Assembly: GCA_021613535.1 (NCBI GenBank)
Contig: CP075494.1
Location: 1,240,001-1,304,000 of the forward strand
Reading direction: 5' to 3'
From: Adineta vaga
Taxonomy: Eukaryota; Animalia; Rotifera
Length of the DNA: 64,000 bases
How positions within the stretch are numbered: position 1 is the first letter of the stretch; each line of letters opens with the position of its first letter. A program made the translations under genes and the position numbers. Below the pieces are notes generated by a model. The model did not search any database. It was not told the origin of the DNA and was given only the letters and a program-made list of their open reading frames with translations. Positions 36,401 to 51,400 of the stretch are shown in pieces.

Positions 36401-39400
36401 TCGCACCAGGAAAATTCAAATTAACAAGATTTTCAAGATTAGAATGTGGTTTAATCACTTGTAGTTCGATTTTTAAAATAACCGATGCATTTGGGTCTAA
36501 AATAACTTGACTATGCGATAAACTAGTTATCACTGCGTCTGTTGATGTATTTTCCGCCTTTGATTCCATTGTCATTTTAACTTCACCTGTGTTATATATT
36601 ATCAATTCTTCGTAATGCGTTGTATTAGGAAGACAGGATGGTAATTCAGTACGATATTGTTTGTCTGTTAAATGTATTGATTTATGTACTATGTCATAAG
36701 ATATCTTCCGTATTTTTCCTAAGCAGATGATTCGATATTTGAGATCTTTACTAAAATATATTTCATAAATACATTTCGAATCTTGTATAACATCTTGAGT
36801 ATGCCAATCGATAGTTAATTCTTTGGACTCATAAGCAAATAGATAAAAATCCATTTTGTCGATATCGAATTTACCTGTTGCACCTTTTTCTCGGCGTAAT
36901 TTGACTCGAAGATCGAGCGACATGGGATTTTCAATTGTGAATGAACGAGATTTTTGAGAACGAGGACATGCGAGAACTGTACCAAAATCAACTTCATAAG
37001 TTTTAATTTGATTCGAAGATTGTTCATCCGTGATTTTTGTTTCCATTAATGGTAAATCAATTCCAATAAAAAATTGTTTTATTTCACAACAAAGTTTGAC
37101 CACAATTGATAATCGTTTATTTGCCAATTGTAATTGCCATTCTTCTCGATATTTTCCTTCATTGACTTCACTATTTGGAATTATTTTGAGAATATTCGAA
37201 TCATGTGGTTCAATCGTTGACGATGAATGTTGAATAGTAAAAATGGATAACGAACGTTCTTGTAAAACAGATAAGATTTCGAAATCAATTTCATCATCAG
37301 TATTGTTGATAAGTTCGAGTGCTTTAGTTTTCAATTGTGCATAAGACCAATTTTGAATGATTTGTTCGAATTGAATGATTATTGACGATTGAGAAGGAAA
37401 ATATTCTCCATCTTGTTTATTAATTGTAATTTTATTAGTTGATGGTGAACCGGTTGATTTTAAAAGTGATTTAACATTGACGGCTTTACTGATTTCAGTT
37501 AGATCTGTTAGACGTGCTGGTTGTTGAACTATCGAACGAATTTGTTTTTTTCGTTCATGTATTTGATTTATTGTGTCTTGAATAATTCTTCGACATGAAT
37601 CAATTTGTTTCTCACCAATGAATATATGTTGATCTTTTCCGAGCCAATATTCTTTGATTGTTTCGATTTTATGAAGAGCTTGTTCGGAATGTTCTTTTGT
37701 TTCAAGTGAATAGACAATCAATTGAATAAAATTTAATTGAGTTGAAATCAAAAAGCGATAGATAAATATACCAAAAGTGAATTCTTTTTTAGATAACGCA
37801 TTTGCATCGTGAAGTAATATTTTCATTTGATTTGTGTACAGTTTATCGATTGATTCTCTGGATATTGTACCTTCATTTTCAGATAAATGAATAAGAAAAC
37901 TATTTCGTATTAAATTATCGTAGATATTCTTCAATTGTTCTTCGTATTCTTGACCAGATTGAAGAGTTTTTTGTATTTTGATTGACATATTATGGAGATT
38001 CGAAAGAGTAACTATTAATTTATCGAAATGAAAAGTTTCTTTGAACATTTTTATTCCTTGTTTTAAATCATTAGCAGAATCAAATCGTCGAACAATACCA
38101 TCCTGAATTTTATTTAGTTCATCATCATTAATACTACTATTCAAGTTATCTATTGTTTGAGTTATTATTTTATCTAATTGTTCGTGTTTCGATGGAAATT
38201 GAATAATCAGATAATGATGTGTCGGTGGCGTGGAGACGTTTAGTTTTTGAGTATCGACTCTCATTCCAATTACTGGCAGATCTTCTTTTGCTTCGGGAGG
38301 AGGTATCTCTTTGAGAAGAGGCTCTGGTGGTATCTTTAAGTTATACGATGTTTTACGTTCGATTTCTGAACATTTATATCCGAGATCCATTAGCCATTTT
38401 TCTAAGCTCCTTTTTCTTTCAAAACAATTCAGTTCTTGATATTCTAATCTCAAAGCAAGAGAACGATCTTCGCTTATAACTATTTCTGTTCCTTCAGTTA
38501 TAGTATCGGATCCAATTGTCATTTTAAAAACATCTTCGGCAGGTGTTTGAAACATACCGATATTGATATTTGGGGTAAATTGTACTAAAATGGTTCCTCC
38601 GCCATGATTTCCGAATTTGTAAGATTCTGTTTTTTGATCGTAGAATGGAGATTTGAGAACATTCAAATGTTTACGCGTCATTTTTGTCCACTCATTTTTA
38701 CTATCTTTACCGGCCCAGAGTTCTAAATTCCAAGATTCACGTACTTCAGTTGAACTATCATCGTATGATATGGGTATTGAATGGGAAAATAGGTTGTCTA
38801 CAGCTTTTGAGAAAAGTATATGATTCAGTGGTTTCTTTTTACCTTCAATTTCTTTTGTACCATCTGTTTCTGGAACAAGTCGAATTCGACTATCCCAATC
38901 GTCTACCCATGTTCCTCTAGTATGCTCGGGTCTAATACCTCCATAACGTACTTCTTTAACTTCAATTCGAATTGATTCTATACGAATCATATTCATTAAT
39001 TCTTTGCCTTCTTTATCATCATCGAATCGACATTCTTTCGGAATTGTTTGTTGAATTTTAAGTAATCGTCTTATAAGTTGTATTGTATTATCAAGTAGTT
39101 TATCAGCATTATCAATCTCAAATTTATTTGATGCAAATTTTGATTCATATAAAAGTTGTCCAATAAGTTTGATATCATCAAATATTTCACATAAAAGTTG
39201 TTTTGTACGTTGAATTCTTTCGTGAGCTTGTCGACATTCTAAATCATATTCTTGTTTCTTACGTGTATTTTCTTCTTCAATTGTTTGAACTCGAAATCTA
39301 TATCGATCCATCGCTTTTTCTATCCAAGATTCTTTGATTTTTTTTCGTTGTAATAATAAAAGATCAATTTCTTTTTTCCAATCATCAGTAATCAACTGAA

Positions 39401-42400
39401 TCTGCGATGAATTCGGTCGTAAAGTATTTCGAACTGTTTTATTTAATTCAATTTTTAATTCTTTTAAATTAATCGTCGACATTCGTAATAATTCATAACG
39501 AAGTAATTTTGTCAATCGAATTAGATAAACAATGACAGGTTCGTCATTAAGCATTTCTAATCGAGGATATTTTTCTTTTAATTGACCAATTGTTTGTTTG
39601 AGAAATATAAAGATTTGTTGTCCTTCATCATATAATAATTTGAAAACAAATGAATAACGTAAACGTTTTGATGTTGAATCATGATCTCCACTGGATGGTG
39701 CAGCAAATACACGGAGTATTTTTGAAGCTTGTAACCAGCCTTGAATAAGAAACTGTACTAACTGATTGTACCAATCAATTGCTTCGTCAATATTTTCTAC
39801 ATGTCGAAATAGACGAATTAAATTAACTTTAGATAAAGTTTCTAATAAATGAATATCTTCAAAATTAACACGTGTTTTTATAGTTTTATTATATTCTTTT
39901 TGTAAGAAATCAATTTGTTTTTGTTGTTGTTGTTGAATTAATTGAATAAAAAATAAAATAAAGTGATCAACAAAACTTTCTAAAACTGATCGTATATGAC
40001 TCAATGGTTCAATTAATTTCTTTCGTTCATTGAATAAACATTTCATAAATTGAAGGCCTTGTTCTAATAAAAGATCTAAATGATCTTTATGAATATAATC
40101 TAAGAATTCCGCATGCATTATATCTAATGATGATGAACATGATAAATTTATTGCGCGTTTCAAATTTTCCACAAATGGTTTTAAATTTTTCATTGTTTCA
40201 TTTTCTAACATATCCAAAGGATTTTCAAAAATTTTTAATATTAAACATTGAGTATTATTAACAAGTACATTTAGATTATAACTAACTTGTACTAAAGGAT
40301 ATGTTTTTGATGTTGTATCAGTGATACGTCCACTTTCATTCCAATCACCAATTTGTAAAAGATTTTTCATTTTTCGTTCGATATGATCGATCAGAGCTGC
40401 TGGATTGTAACAAATTTCACCAAATGTGTGACTATATCGAAGTTTGAAACTCTTTTGTAACATTGGAAAATCATACGATAAAGATTTATGAAATTCTTTT
40501 AATGAATATTCATCAACAGGTAATGTTGTACCAGGTAAATCTGAATGTTCACGATATCCACTAAGAATTATCAATCGTTTCATATGATCATCCCATTCAT
40601 ATGATTGATCATGAATTTTAATTTGTCTTGTTTTTAATTGACTAAAAATTAATGGATTTGTTTGTTTAGTTTTGAATAATTGAACAAGAAAGATTGCAAT
40701 ACGAGCATAGAAACTTGCACAATATTCTAATAAAATTGAAAGTATTTTCGAAGAATAAACTACACGTGCATTATCAGCAAATTCATCAATGTCAACAGCG
40801 ATTTGACTAAGTTTTTCTACTCTTTCATGAACTGTTTCCATATTTATTTCAATTGATGTTATATGTGAAACATTTATAATCTGTTCGATAATATCTAATG
40901 ATTCAAAATTTAACGTATTTGTTCGATTAATCATTTCTTCCATTTGTTGTAAATATGAATTACGTTGATTAGTCATATCATGTAACCAATTTTGTGTAGA
41001 ATTTAATAATTGAGTATGAATTAATTTAATATACAACGTTGAAAAAACTGATATAATTGATCATTATCATTTAACCATTTTAAAGCTAATTGATAATCTT
41101 TGGAAAATTGTGTTAATTCATCATCTAATTTAGAAATGACTTTTGAAAACGTGATTGAAATTGTTGAAAATTTTTTTGTGAATATCCTCGAACGTTGGAT
41201 TTTAATGAAATAAATATGCATAGAATTCACTTGATGTGTAAACTTGTCGTTTTTCTTGACTTGCAATTTCTTCTCGTTTTTTTTCTTCAATGCTATCAAT
41301 TATTTCTAATGGTAAAGAATTTCCTTTAACTTGTAACTGACGATTGATTTCTAATAATCGACGTATTTGTTCGTGTGCTACATTATTCAATTTAATTTCA
41401 TAATCTTGTTCAATTCTGTCATATTCACGGTTTATCTTTTCAACAGATCTTTCTAATTCATCTTTTCTAGCACTGATCGATGAAAAACCATTCAATTCTT
41501 TTTCGACTGTTACTTTTCGAGATCGACATCGTTGAAGTTCTTGTCCATATTCAGTCATAATCGAATCAGAAAATTTGAAATAATCTGTCGCCTTAATAGT
41601 TCCTGCATTGTTAAATTTATCTTTGAGTTTCGATAGATTATCTTTCATTTCATCGAATAAATTACTCAAGAAAAATTGTATTTCTAATGCAAAAAATGAA
41701 TGATATTCATTACTTTCGAATAATTGATAAAACCAATGTTTACGCAAATCTTCACTATTTGCCACGGTTGTCATTGTTTGAACAATATTCTTTAATGATT
41801 CGATAAGTGTTTGACTGGCTGTTTCGTTATTACTGGAAAGTAGTGTTATCGAATCACCTGTTGTGGTTTGTAACACGAAGCGTTTTTCATACAAATCTTT
41901 AATCGATGTTCGAAATTCATTACTGGACAAATAAGTATCGAAATGATGAACTTTTTCGAAATCAAAATCATCTAATTGAAGTGAATTCATGAAAAGTAGA
42001 GGTAGTTCAGGAAATAAAAGAGCCATACAATCGGATAATCGAAGATATGATAATTGAAGACCTATTGATTGATTATAATGTGATTGATCATGTAAAATTC
42101 GTGTTAAAGTTTTATGTTGTTCATACAATCGAATAAGACGTGGATAAATATGTATTAATTGATATGTTTGATTATCTTGATCATCAAATGAAAGCAAAAG
42201 AAGTTTCGATTTATCACATGGATTTAATTTTTGTAATTGATTTGAGCGTTGTTGAATAGCGTTTTCTAAAGTTTTCGTTCGAAGAAGTTCTAATTTCAAT
42301 GCTGGTAAATGAAATTGTTCAGTTTGATCATGTGCATGTTCTTGACAGAATTGTAATAAATCTTTGCAGATTTCGGCTAATGAAGCTGAATCGAGAAAGA

Positions 42401-45400
42401 TAAAGATCGCCATTAGATTTTTTAAATTATCGATAATCCATTGAACTGAAATGTTTTTTTCTGTTGGAAAACAGAAGTCATAGATTAATTTTTCGACATC
42501 TTTCCACATGGATTCAAATGTTTGTTGATGAAAGTAGTCACTGAGAAATTCTAATACGAAATCTTTTTCGGAACATGTTTCATCCGTTAATGATTTAACT
42601 AAAGTCGAAAGATCTCTTCGATCTTCATCGGAAAAACGATATCCACTTTCACTGGAATGATGAATCACTTTTTCCAACATTTCTGGAGTAATTTCGAATG
42701 ATTTTTCATATTTAACTCGTTTTATATTGAAAATATCCGTTTTCTTATGTTCGATCGATTCACTTGCAATACGACGTTGTAATTGTTTTGGATAATTTCT
42801 CCATTTCAATAAACTAACATCATTCAATACACTTTTATTACGTTTGATTTCATTCAATTCCATCAGTAACATAACAATTGCATATTGAATTCTTGATAGA
42901 CCATTTTGTTTAGCTGATTGTCTTAATTGTTCTAATTCTTTTTCAACTTTTGATAATTCATCATTTTGACGTTCAAGCATCGTTTCTTCGGCATTCTTCT
43001 TAGTCAATTTCGGTGTTGTTTCGTGCATAGTTGTTGCTGTTGTATTGTTATTTTCAGTTGGACTGATGGCAACATGTTGAATCGCATCTTCAAGTTCAGT
43101 TTTAGTAAATAATTTGAAATCCTTTTTATTTTCTATAGTCAATTCTTCTTCGGCCTTGGATTGCACATGTGCAACCTGTTTGAGAATTTCACATTCAAAT
43201 GATTGAATATTTTCATAGAAATGTTCAACTGAAGTTGTCAATCCATACGCATCGATATTATTCATAACAAATTCAATAATTGAAATCAATAATTTCGATA
43301 TTTGATGCGATTTTTTATAAAGATTGATTTCATCCGTATTTGATCGATGTGTCAAAAGAATTTGTAGAAATTTCGCTTGAATCATATGAATACGATCGAT
43401 AAATGTCGAAATACACGCATGAAATTTCGTTTCCGAATCAGAAAGATGTGATTTTAAAAGATTTAAAACTGGATAACGAAATTGTTTTCCTTCAACAATA
43501 GTTAATGTTCGTGCTTTAGCAATTGGTTCTTTCGGTACACATAGAATTAATGTATCATCTAGTTTTTTCTCGAGTTTATCAATAATTGGCAGTGTAAGAG
43601 TTGTTCGTGCTTTGTTTACCGTTTTAACAAGTTCTCGAATGTTAATATCAGTTGATATTAATGTTTGTTTGGCAATATGTTCAGTTTGTTCAATCATATT
43701 TAAGAAAAATGTTATATCTTTCTGTATATCATTTTCAACTTGATTGTCGTAAACTTGTTCAGTTCGAATTGTACCTGCTAATCTTTGTTCTTGGATCCAT
43801 CTTTGAATATCTCGATCTAATTGCTCAATCTGATTGGATTCAATGAGAAAATCTTCCGTTTTTCGATGTTCAACAATCTTTTGGATGAGACATGGTAAAG
43901 CAAATTGAAATATTGTAGGATCAATTTCAACTTGAATTATTTGTCTTTGTGTGTCGATTTCTGTATTTGAAGAACGTTGTTTTACTTCTGTAATAAAACG
44001 ATCAGCAAATTGAATAAAAACATCATCAAGTGGCGTTTTATCACTTCCATAATTGATGGCAAAATGTTGAAGAACAAGTTGTTCATCTAAATGTACAATT
44101 CCAGTTTCATCTGTTGAATATCGATTATATTTTCGTTTATCAACAAGTAAAACATTTGTTAATTGTACATTGATCAAAATATCAATTGTTGTTTCTGTTT
44201 CTAAACATTTGTCTATGATTGATTTTAATGTTTCTTCTTTTAAAATATAAATTAGCATATTTTGTTGGAATAAATTGGGATAAATCAGTTGCATCACAGT
44301 CAAACTTGCACGTCCGTGTGAAGTATTGAGATCATCGAAATTCATTTGATTGAACACGAATTGTCGTAAAACCTCCGCTTTCAATTGTTTTTGTTCTTGA
44401 TCAATTTTATTCGACGATGAATAGGTTTGATTTAAATCATATTCTCTTCTATAAATTCGTGAGATTATTTCAAGTAATTCACTTATTTGATTTTCCTGTC
44501 GACGTCGACCATATTCACGAATAGTTTGGAGCCATCCGTTCGTTTGAAATTTCTTCAAACTTTCTCGTAATGGTAAAAATAAATTGTAAACATTTTCATA
44601 GATTCGTTCAATCGCTTTCAATGTACTCGAATGTCGATTTTTTCTATCGATCAATTTTTCTTCTTCATTTTGAAGATTTGTTAATTCTTCTTCGATACTA
44701 ATTTTTTCATCTCTCGGTTCGAATAATTGCTCTCGTTTCACATGAATCTTTTCAATTTCTAAATCTATCTCGCTGACATTTCCATCTAATTTGTTGCTTT
44801 CGGAATCGTATTGATGACTAATTTTATCGATTTGAACGTGGCAAGACACGACCTCCGCGTAGATTTCACGAAGAATTGTATGAATAAAATACAAACAATT
44901 TAAACTCGCCAGTAAATTCGTTGAATTTAATAACGTTTGTTGTTCATCCATTTTTTCTATAAATTGTGATTTAATCATGAAATTCATCGTTAATTTACAC
45001 GCAACATTTAATTCTAATTTTGACGCAGCTAATAAAATGTATTTATCATCTTCTGACACGGATAAATAATGATATAATTTCGACATAATATCTAAACGTT
45101 GATCAGCAGATGATATTATCGGAATTGATTGAACTTTCTGTAAATGAACATTGATTAATTTCAGAGCCGATTTCGATTCTTGTTGATCATCATCAACATT
45201 TATTTGATTTCGTTGACGAATTGATTCTTGAGTTTGAGAAACAATATGTAAATCATTCTTTGCCATTGGTAGACAAGGAAAAGCAACCCATTTCATATAT
45301 GTTTCAGTTATCAAAAGTGTACTGAGATATTCTTGAATTCGAATACACCATTTCAATGGATTTAATGAATGCGAGATTTTACAAACTATTTGTATCTTTC

Positions 45401-48400
45401 GTGATAGAGATGATAATTGATTGATTGTGTTATTGACTTGTTGTAATTCAGTCAGACGATATTGTGCGTCAAGAAATGAAGTTCCTTGAGCAAATTCAAT
45501 GATTCGTTTGTAACATTCTGCACTGGTTACATCGAGTAAATTTAATGAATCGTCGATTTTATCAAAGGATAGAATGATTTTATTGGAATACAAATATTGA
45601 TGTGTTTTTGAGAACCATTTTTTTAAATTAAAACTAAATTCAAGTGATTGTTGTGCATCATTGGTTATTAATTTTGATCGAATTAATAATGCTTCTGAAT
45701 AAAGTCCCTCATCCGATTCATTTTCTTGTTTAGTTTTAACTAATGGTTGAATATAATCAAGTAAATTCAAACCATAATCAATAAATTCTTGTTTTTTCCA
45801 TATATCTTCATACATATGAGTCGTGATAATTTTCAAATGAAGATCAATGACACATTCTTCGATGGATGCGATCAATTCATGAAGATTTTGTGCTGGAGCG
45901 TACCAAGTCATTTGTTGTTGTTGATCTTCGATGGTTAAAATTGGTAGAGTAGTAAAAGATGCTTTATTCAATTCTTGATGCAATAAATGTCGGGCCAATT
46001 CCTTAAGTAACAAAGTTTTACCATTATTGTTCAATATAGGATCGAGATAACTTCGAAAGATAGCTGGTTTTATAGCGAATACTGGATCATGTTTATTCGA
46101 AACATAAGTTCGTAAAATACGCGTTGAACGTTTGAGATTTTGATAAGATAATTGATAAGATGTAATAAACTGTAATTCTTTTTCAATGGATAATTTTTTA
46201 GCTGATGTATGTGTTCGTAATAAAGTATGTGCTAGTTCCTGTCCACCGTTAATACCTTGTAATTCTCCTTTGACTATATCAGCTAGATCATGTTGATGAA
46301 TATTTTCAAACGTTAATTTATCATCTAATGGTTGCATTCGAATAATTAAACATCGATTTCGCCAAGCACTGGATAATTTATTCGCCATCTTTCGATTATT
46401 ATTAGCAATAGCAAATAAGCGGAAATCTTTATGTATACCTTTTCCACGACTATACTCCTCTGCTTCTGATGATTCATATAAAGTTAATGTTGGATCAGCT
46501 TCTGCTAAGGAATTCAGACGTTCGATAACATCTCCACGTGCACAGTTAATATTATCGAATAGAATCCACTCTCCACGTTCCATGGCTTGGATTAATGGTC
46601 CTTTATTAAAAGTAAATGTTAATCCTTCGCCAAGATTTTTCACTAATTTAAATTCATCTTCAACTTGATCAAGTCTATCTAAATATTTTTCTATTTCTTC
46701 TGCAATCGTTTGTCCATGAACTTCATTCGAGTGTTTCAATTCATGTTCGAAAAATGAACGGCATTGTTGAAAAGCATCCTGAGCTTGATCAGAATTTTCT
46801 ACAAAAGAAAAGACAGGTACATTGAAAAAAGGCTTTGATCGCAATAGAAAACATGAAAAACCTATATTTACCGTGTTCCCATTGATGAATTAAACGTGTA
46901 ATTGTTCGAATGAGTTGTTCAACTTCATAGAATTTCTGTGATAATGGTATGAGAACTGCTAATGCAAAACGAACAATATCATTGAGTAATTGTTGACTAT
47001 TTTGTTTTCGTCGTTTTTCATATGATTGTTTATTAATTACTGTCCATGAGCCAAGCAAATCGGAAGTTGTCGTTTCGTGATTTAAATTTAACACAAGTAA
47101 TCGTCGTCCACATAATCGAGCTAATTCACAAACAAGTGCTGTTTTACCTGAACAATCCCCACCTTCGATTAAAACAGTTGCTTTACTAACTGTTGCTGCT
47201 GCTAATAATTGTAATTTTTCTAATGTTCGTTTACTATGAATTAAAGGTCGATAAACTGATTGATATTCTTTTTTCTCAATATAGACAAATCCAAGACGGA
47301 CATAACCTTGCAAATTTAAATCACTATCAATAAGTTCTGCTTGGTTCTGAACTATTGTACTAATTGGATTTGTATCCAATGCAAATTTTTGTTGAATCAG
47401 ATCACGAACTAAACTTTGATCTTGAATATTTTCGAATCGAGAAGCATAAACAATGTCAAGATAAACTCGTAAACTACGAATGATATTCTGTTCTTCAATT
47501 CGACGTAGATTTTCGTCATCCACCTGATTTGTTGTTGTTATTTCTTCTGAAAGATTCATATGCGCACGATGTGTAAGAGAAAGCGCACCAATTAATTTCG
47601 ATAATTTCTCAATATCACGAAGATTAAAATCATATGGTCCACCAAGTCGTCCAATCTGTCGTAATCGAGCCTTTTCGCTGATTTCGAAATGAAATTCATT
47701 GATTTTTTCCACTAAATTTTCTGTTAAATAACCCGCGATCAAATGATCATACAATAATTTGATGGTAATATGCATTAATTCACGTGCTTCGAATGTTGAT
47801 AATTGAACTTGAATAAAATGTGCTTGAGTCGATCGTGGTAACTTCTCTCGTCCACCACCAATCGATGCTGGATTCATTGCCGCCACAATAATTGATCCGT
47901 CAATCGGAATGGATTTCGCTAATGCTGGGATAAATAATTGACTTTCATTGGCAAACAATGGCATCAATTGATTTAATAATTCTTTACGTGCTAAGTTCAA
48001 TTCATCAAGTAGAATAACCGTATTTCGACGATTTTTCTTCAATGAAGTGCATAATGGACCTTCTTGAAATTCAAATACTCGTTGACCATTAACAACACGT
48101 GGTACAAATGAACCAATAAGATCTTCAAATGTTGTATTACTACTGAAATTAATGCGAACAACTTCGTAACCTAACATTTTAGCTAAAACTTCGATAATTT
48201 TTGTTTTTCCAACACCCGGCGGACCAGCAAGTATTTGTCGATTGGATGAATGTAATGAAAATATAATTCGTGAGATATTATCTAATACTGATTTTGTTAA
48301 AGCAAGAGAAAAACGAAGATTCTCAGGTCGTGACTGTATTTTTGGTGCAAATGGTGCAATTAAATTATTTGATTTCAATCTTAAACCCCAATGTACTCGT

Positions 48401-51400
48401 GATTGTTTTGTTTCGGGATCGATTATTGTCATATCTTCCACTGAACACCATTGACTTAAATCGTCATAAACATTGACTTTTTCAGGATTTCCATCCGTCG
48501 AATCTTTTTCATCCGTCGAAAGAAAATTCTTTTCGCATTTAAATGCGTTCAAGACTTTTTGCCATATTGTATTCGATGAATCAATATTTGAATTCGTGAG
48601 GTTTTTTGGTTCAATAACACTATCAAGAAATAAAAATTTTACACAAATAGCAGCCGCTTGTTTGATGGGCATGTGTTCACCATGTAAACCTAAACATTCA
48701 CCAAATCGAACAAAATGACGTGAATCTAACGAATCAATTTTCATTGTTTGAGCAAGTTGTGACGCAAGATTATCACCTAAAATATCTATAATTTGAGTGA
48801 TTTCATTTTCTTTACATTTGTCTGATGATGTATTCATTGCTGATTTGATTGCTAATTGTTTCAATTCAACGTTATCATAGGATTGAACACGTATTTCTGT
48901 CATTCTTGAACGCGTGGCTGCACTTAATTGTAAACGATTTTCGGTTTTTTCATCAGTATGTACCGTAGCAAATACTTGAAATGTTGGTAAAATCGGAAAT
49001 TTAGCACGTTGTGGATTGATTTTGGTTGTTTTTGATTCTTGAGCAGTAAAATCTTCATAGAGAACAAATGATGGTTCAGTTTCGAATAAACTATTTAAAC
49101 GTTCAATCACAGCTTGAGATGGTTCGTTAATATCTTCTAACACTAAGATTTTACCCTCTTTGACAGCACTTGTAACAGGGCCATCTTGGAATAAGAAGAG
49201 ATTCGATTTACCTTGTTGAATTGCTCGTTCAATCTCAATAATTATACTTTCACAACGAACTTTAATTAGTAAAATACCATTTTCATTCGATCCAATGCGA
49301 CATATATCATCGAGACTAGACTTAATTATATCTAGTCGATTTTGAATTGATTGAAATGCATCAGCAATAGGATTAGTTTGCATTCCTGATGAAGAAGTCA
49401 AAGAATGTGACGTTGATTGACTATCAAATTCTTCTTCACTAAAAAATTCTAAAACTCTTAGATCAGCTAGCAATTGTGATGATTGTTGTGTACTAAATGG
49501 ATCAACTTCTTCCTCTTCTTCGTCTAATTTCGCTGAAATTTTTTCAGGGGCAGTACTGAAAGGATCAATTTCTTCTTCTTGTTCTTCATCGTCATTGACA
49601 GTGTTGTGAGGCATTGAAAATGGATCATCTTCATCTTGATCATTAGCCATCATATCAAAAACTTGTTTCGTATGATAGACTTTTTCAAAATATTCTTCAT
49701 CATTATCATCGCTACTAGTTGGGCGATTCTGTGTACTGCTCAATTGCTCTGCTATTGTTGTGGATTTCGGAGGTAAACTAGGTATTGGTAGAGCTGCGTA
49801 ATCATCCATTTTACTTGATTCGAGATCAACTTTGATATCTTCAGTTAGAACAATTGAGTCAGATGGTTGTTCGGTAAGTTTTGCTGTTGGATGTTGTCGA
49901 ACGGCTCTTTTCCCTGATTGTTTTTTTATTTCAGTAATAAATATATCAACTTCAACCACTAATGCATCACAATTTGTGCGAAATTCAGTAAAATTTCTAA
50001 ACTCTGCTGGAGTAGCACTTTTTGATAGATTCTTTTTCACACGTTCATACAATTGATTCAAACAGTTCAATAATAAACTCAACGCATCAGCATGTGTATA
50101 AGGTCTAAAATAAAAAATAGAGAAAATATCTGCATATTGAACAATTTACTGAATCTACCTGATCGATCCGATAAGATCATTTGTTTCGGTTGATGTTGAA
50201 CAATTAATTACGCAAAGTTCAGATTCTTTTGTCATTAATTTCGACCAGATTTTGATCAATTCAGATTTATAACAAGTTGGTCCTAATAAAAGAATTGGTT
50301 CATGTTGTTCAGCAGCAGCAAAGACGCGCCAAAGACCTAGTAACAAATTTTGTGATGCTGATGCTAATTGTAAATGAATAGCTGCATCGAAATTGGTAAA
50401 TGTATATGACACTGGTAAACGAGGTGGTCGATTCAAGGATATTTGATTTCCTTCGATTTTAACAGAAGATGATGAATCGATTAAATGTGGAAATGAAGTT
50501 TGAAGGCATGTAATAAATACATTATTGAGTTTTTTCGGTACACGTGATTCTAATAACCTCAATGCATGTTCATCCCAATCAACATCAGTTTTTCGTTGTT
50601 TTCGATTGATCCATTTAATGACTTCACGCATTGTTAAACCGAGTTTCGGTGCACCTAAGATTGGCTGTTGTTTCTCATCGATTTGTCGATTTAGATTTGT
50701 AACCGTTGATGCTATTTGTGGTGCAACTTTTTTCAAATCATCATAGAATGTTGCTGATGATTTCGATACAGTTGATGTTGATTTACGTTGAATAATGATA
50801 AATTTCAATTCGTTTTCCGTGAAAGAATGAAATTGTATTTCTAAAAATCTTGAACGTAATGTTTTGGGTAATTGTTTTCGTCCGACATAGCTTGTACCAT
50901 TTTGTGTTGCAAAAAAACGAAATCCATCACGCGCAACTAATGTCTGACCCGTATTTGGTACGGTAAGATATTTTTGTCCTTCTAAAATCGGATACAAAAC
51001 ATTCATTACAGCCGGTTCAGCTAAATCAAATTCATCAGCAACAAACCAATCACCATCAAGCATAGCACGTGATAATGCGCCATTTAAAAATTCACCATTT
51101 GGCATGTACGAACCAAAATAATCTTGAACAGTTGTGCCTTTTGTGTTATTAACTCGATAGAGAACTTTATGATCACATTGTGCTAAATATTCGATTAAAC
51201 TTGTTTTACCCGTGGCAGCAGGACCTTCGAGAAGTACAGGACGTGAACAAATAACAGATGCACATAGACGTTTAGCTGCATCGTAACGTGTTGGTGTTTT
51301 CTCAGGATCAATAATATGTTCACGATGCTTTTCACGTGCTGTTTCGGAAACTGAAAAACTGAAGAAATTAATAGAACCATGTTGGGCTTCTTTTTCTAAA

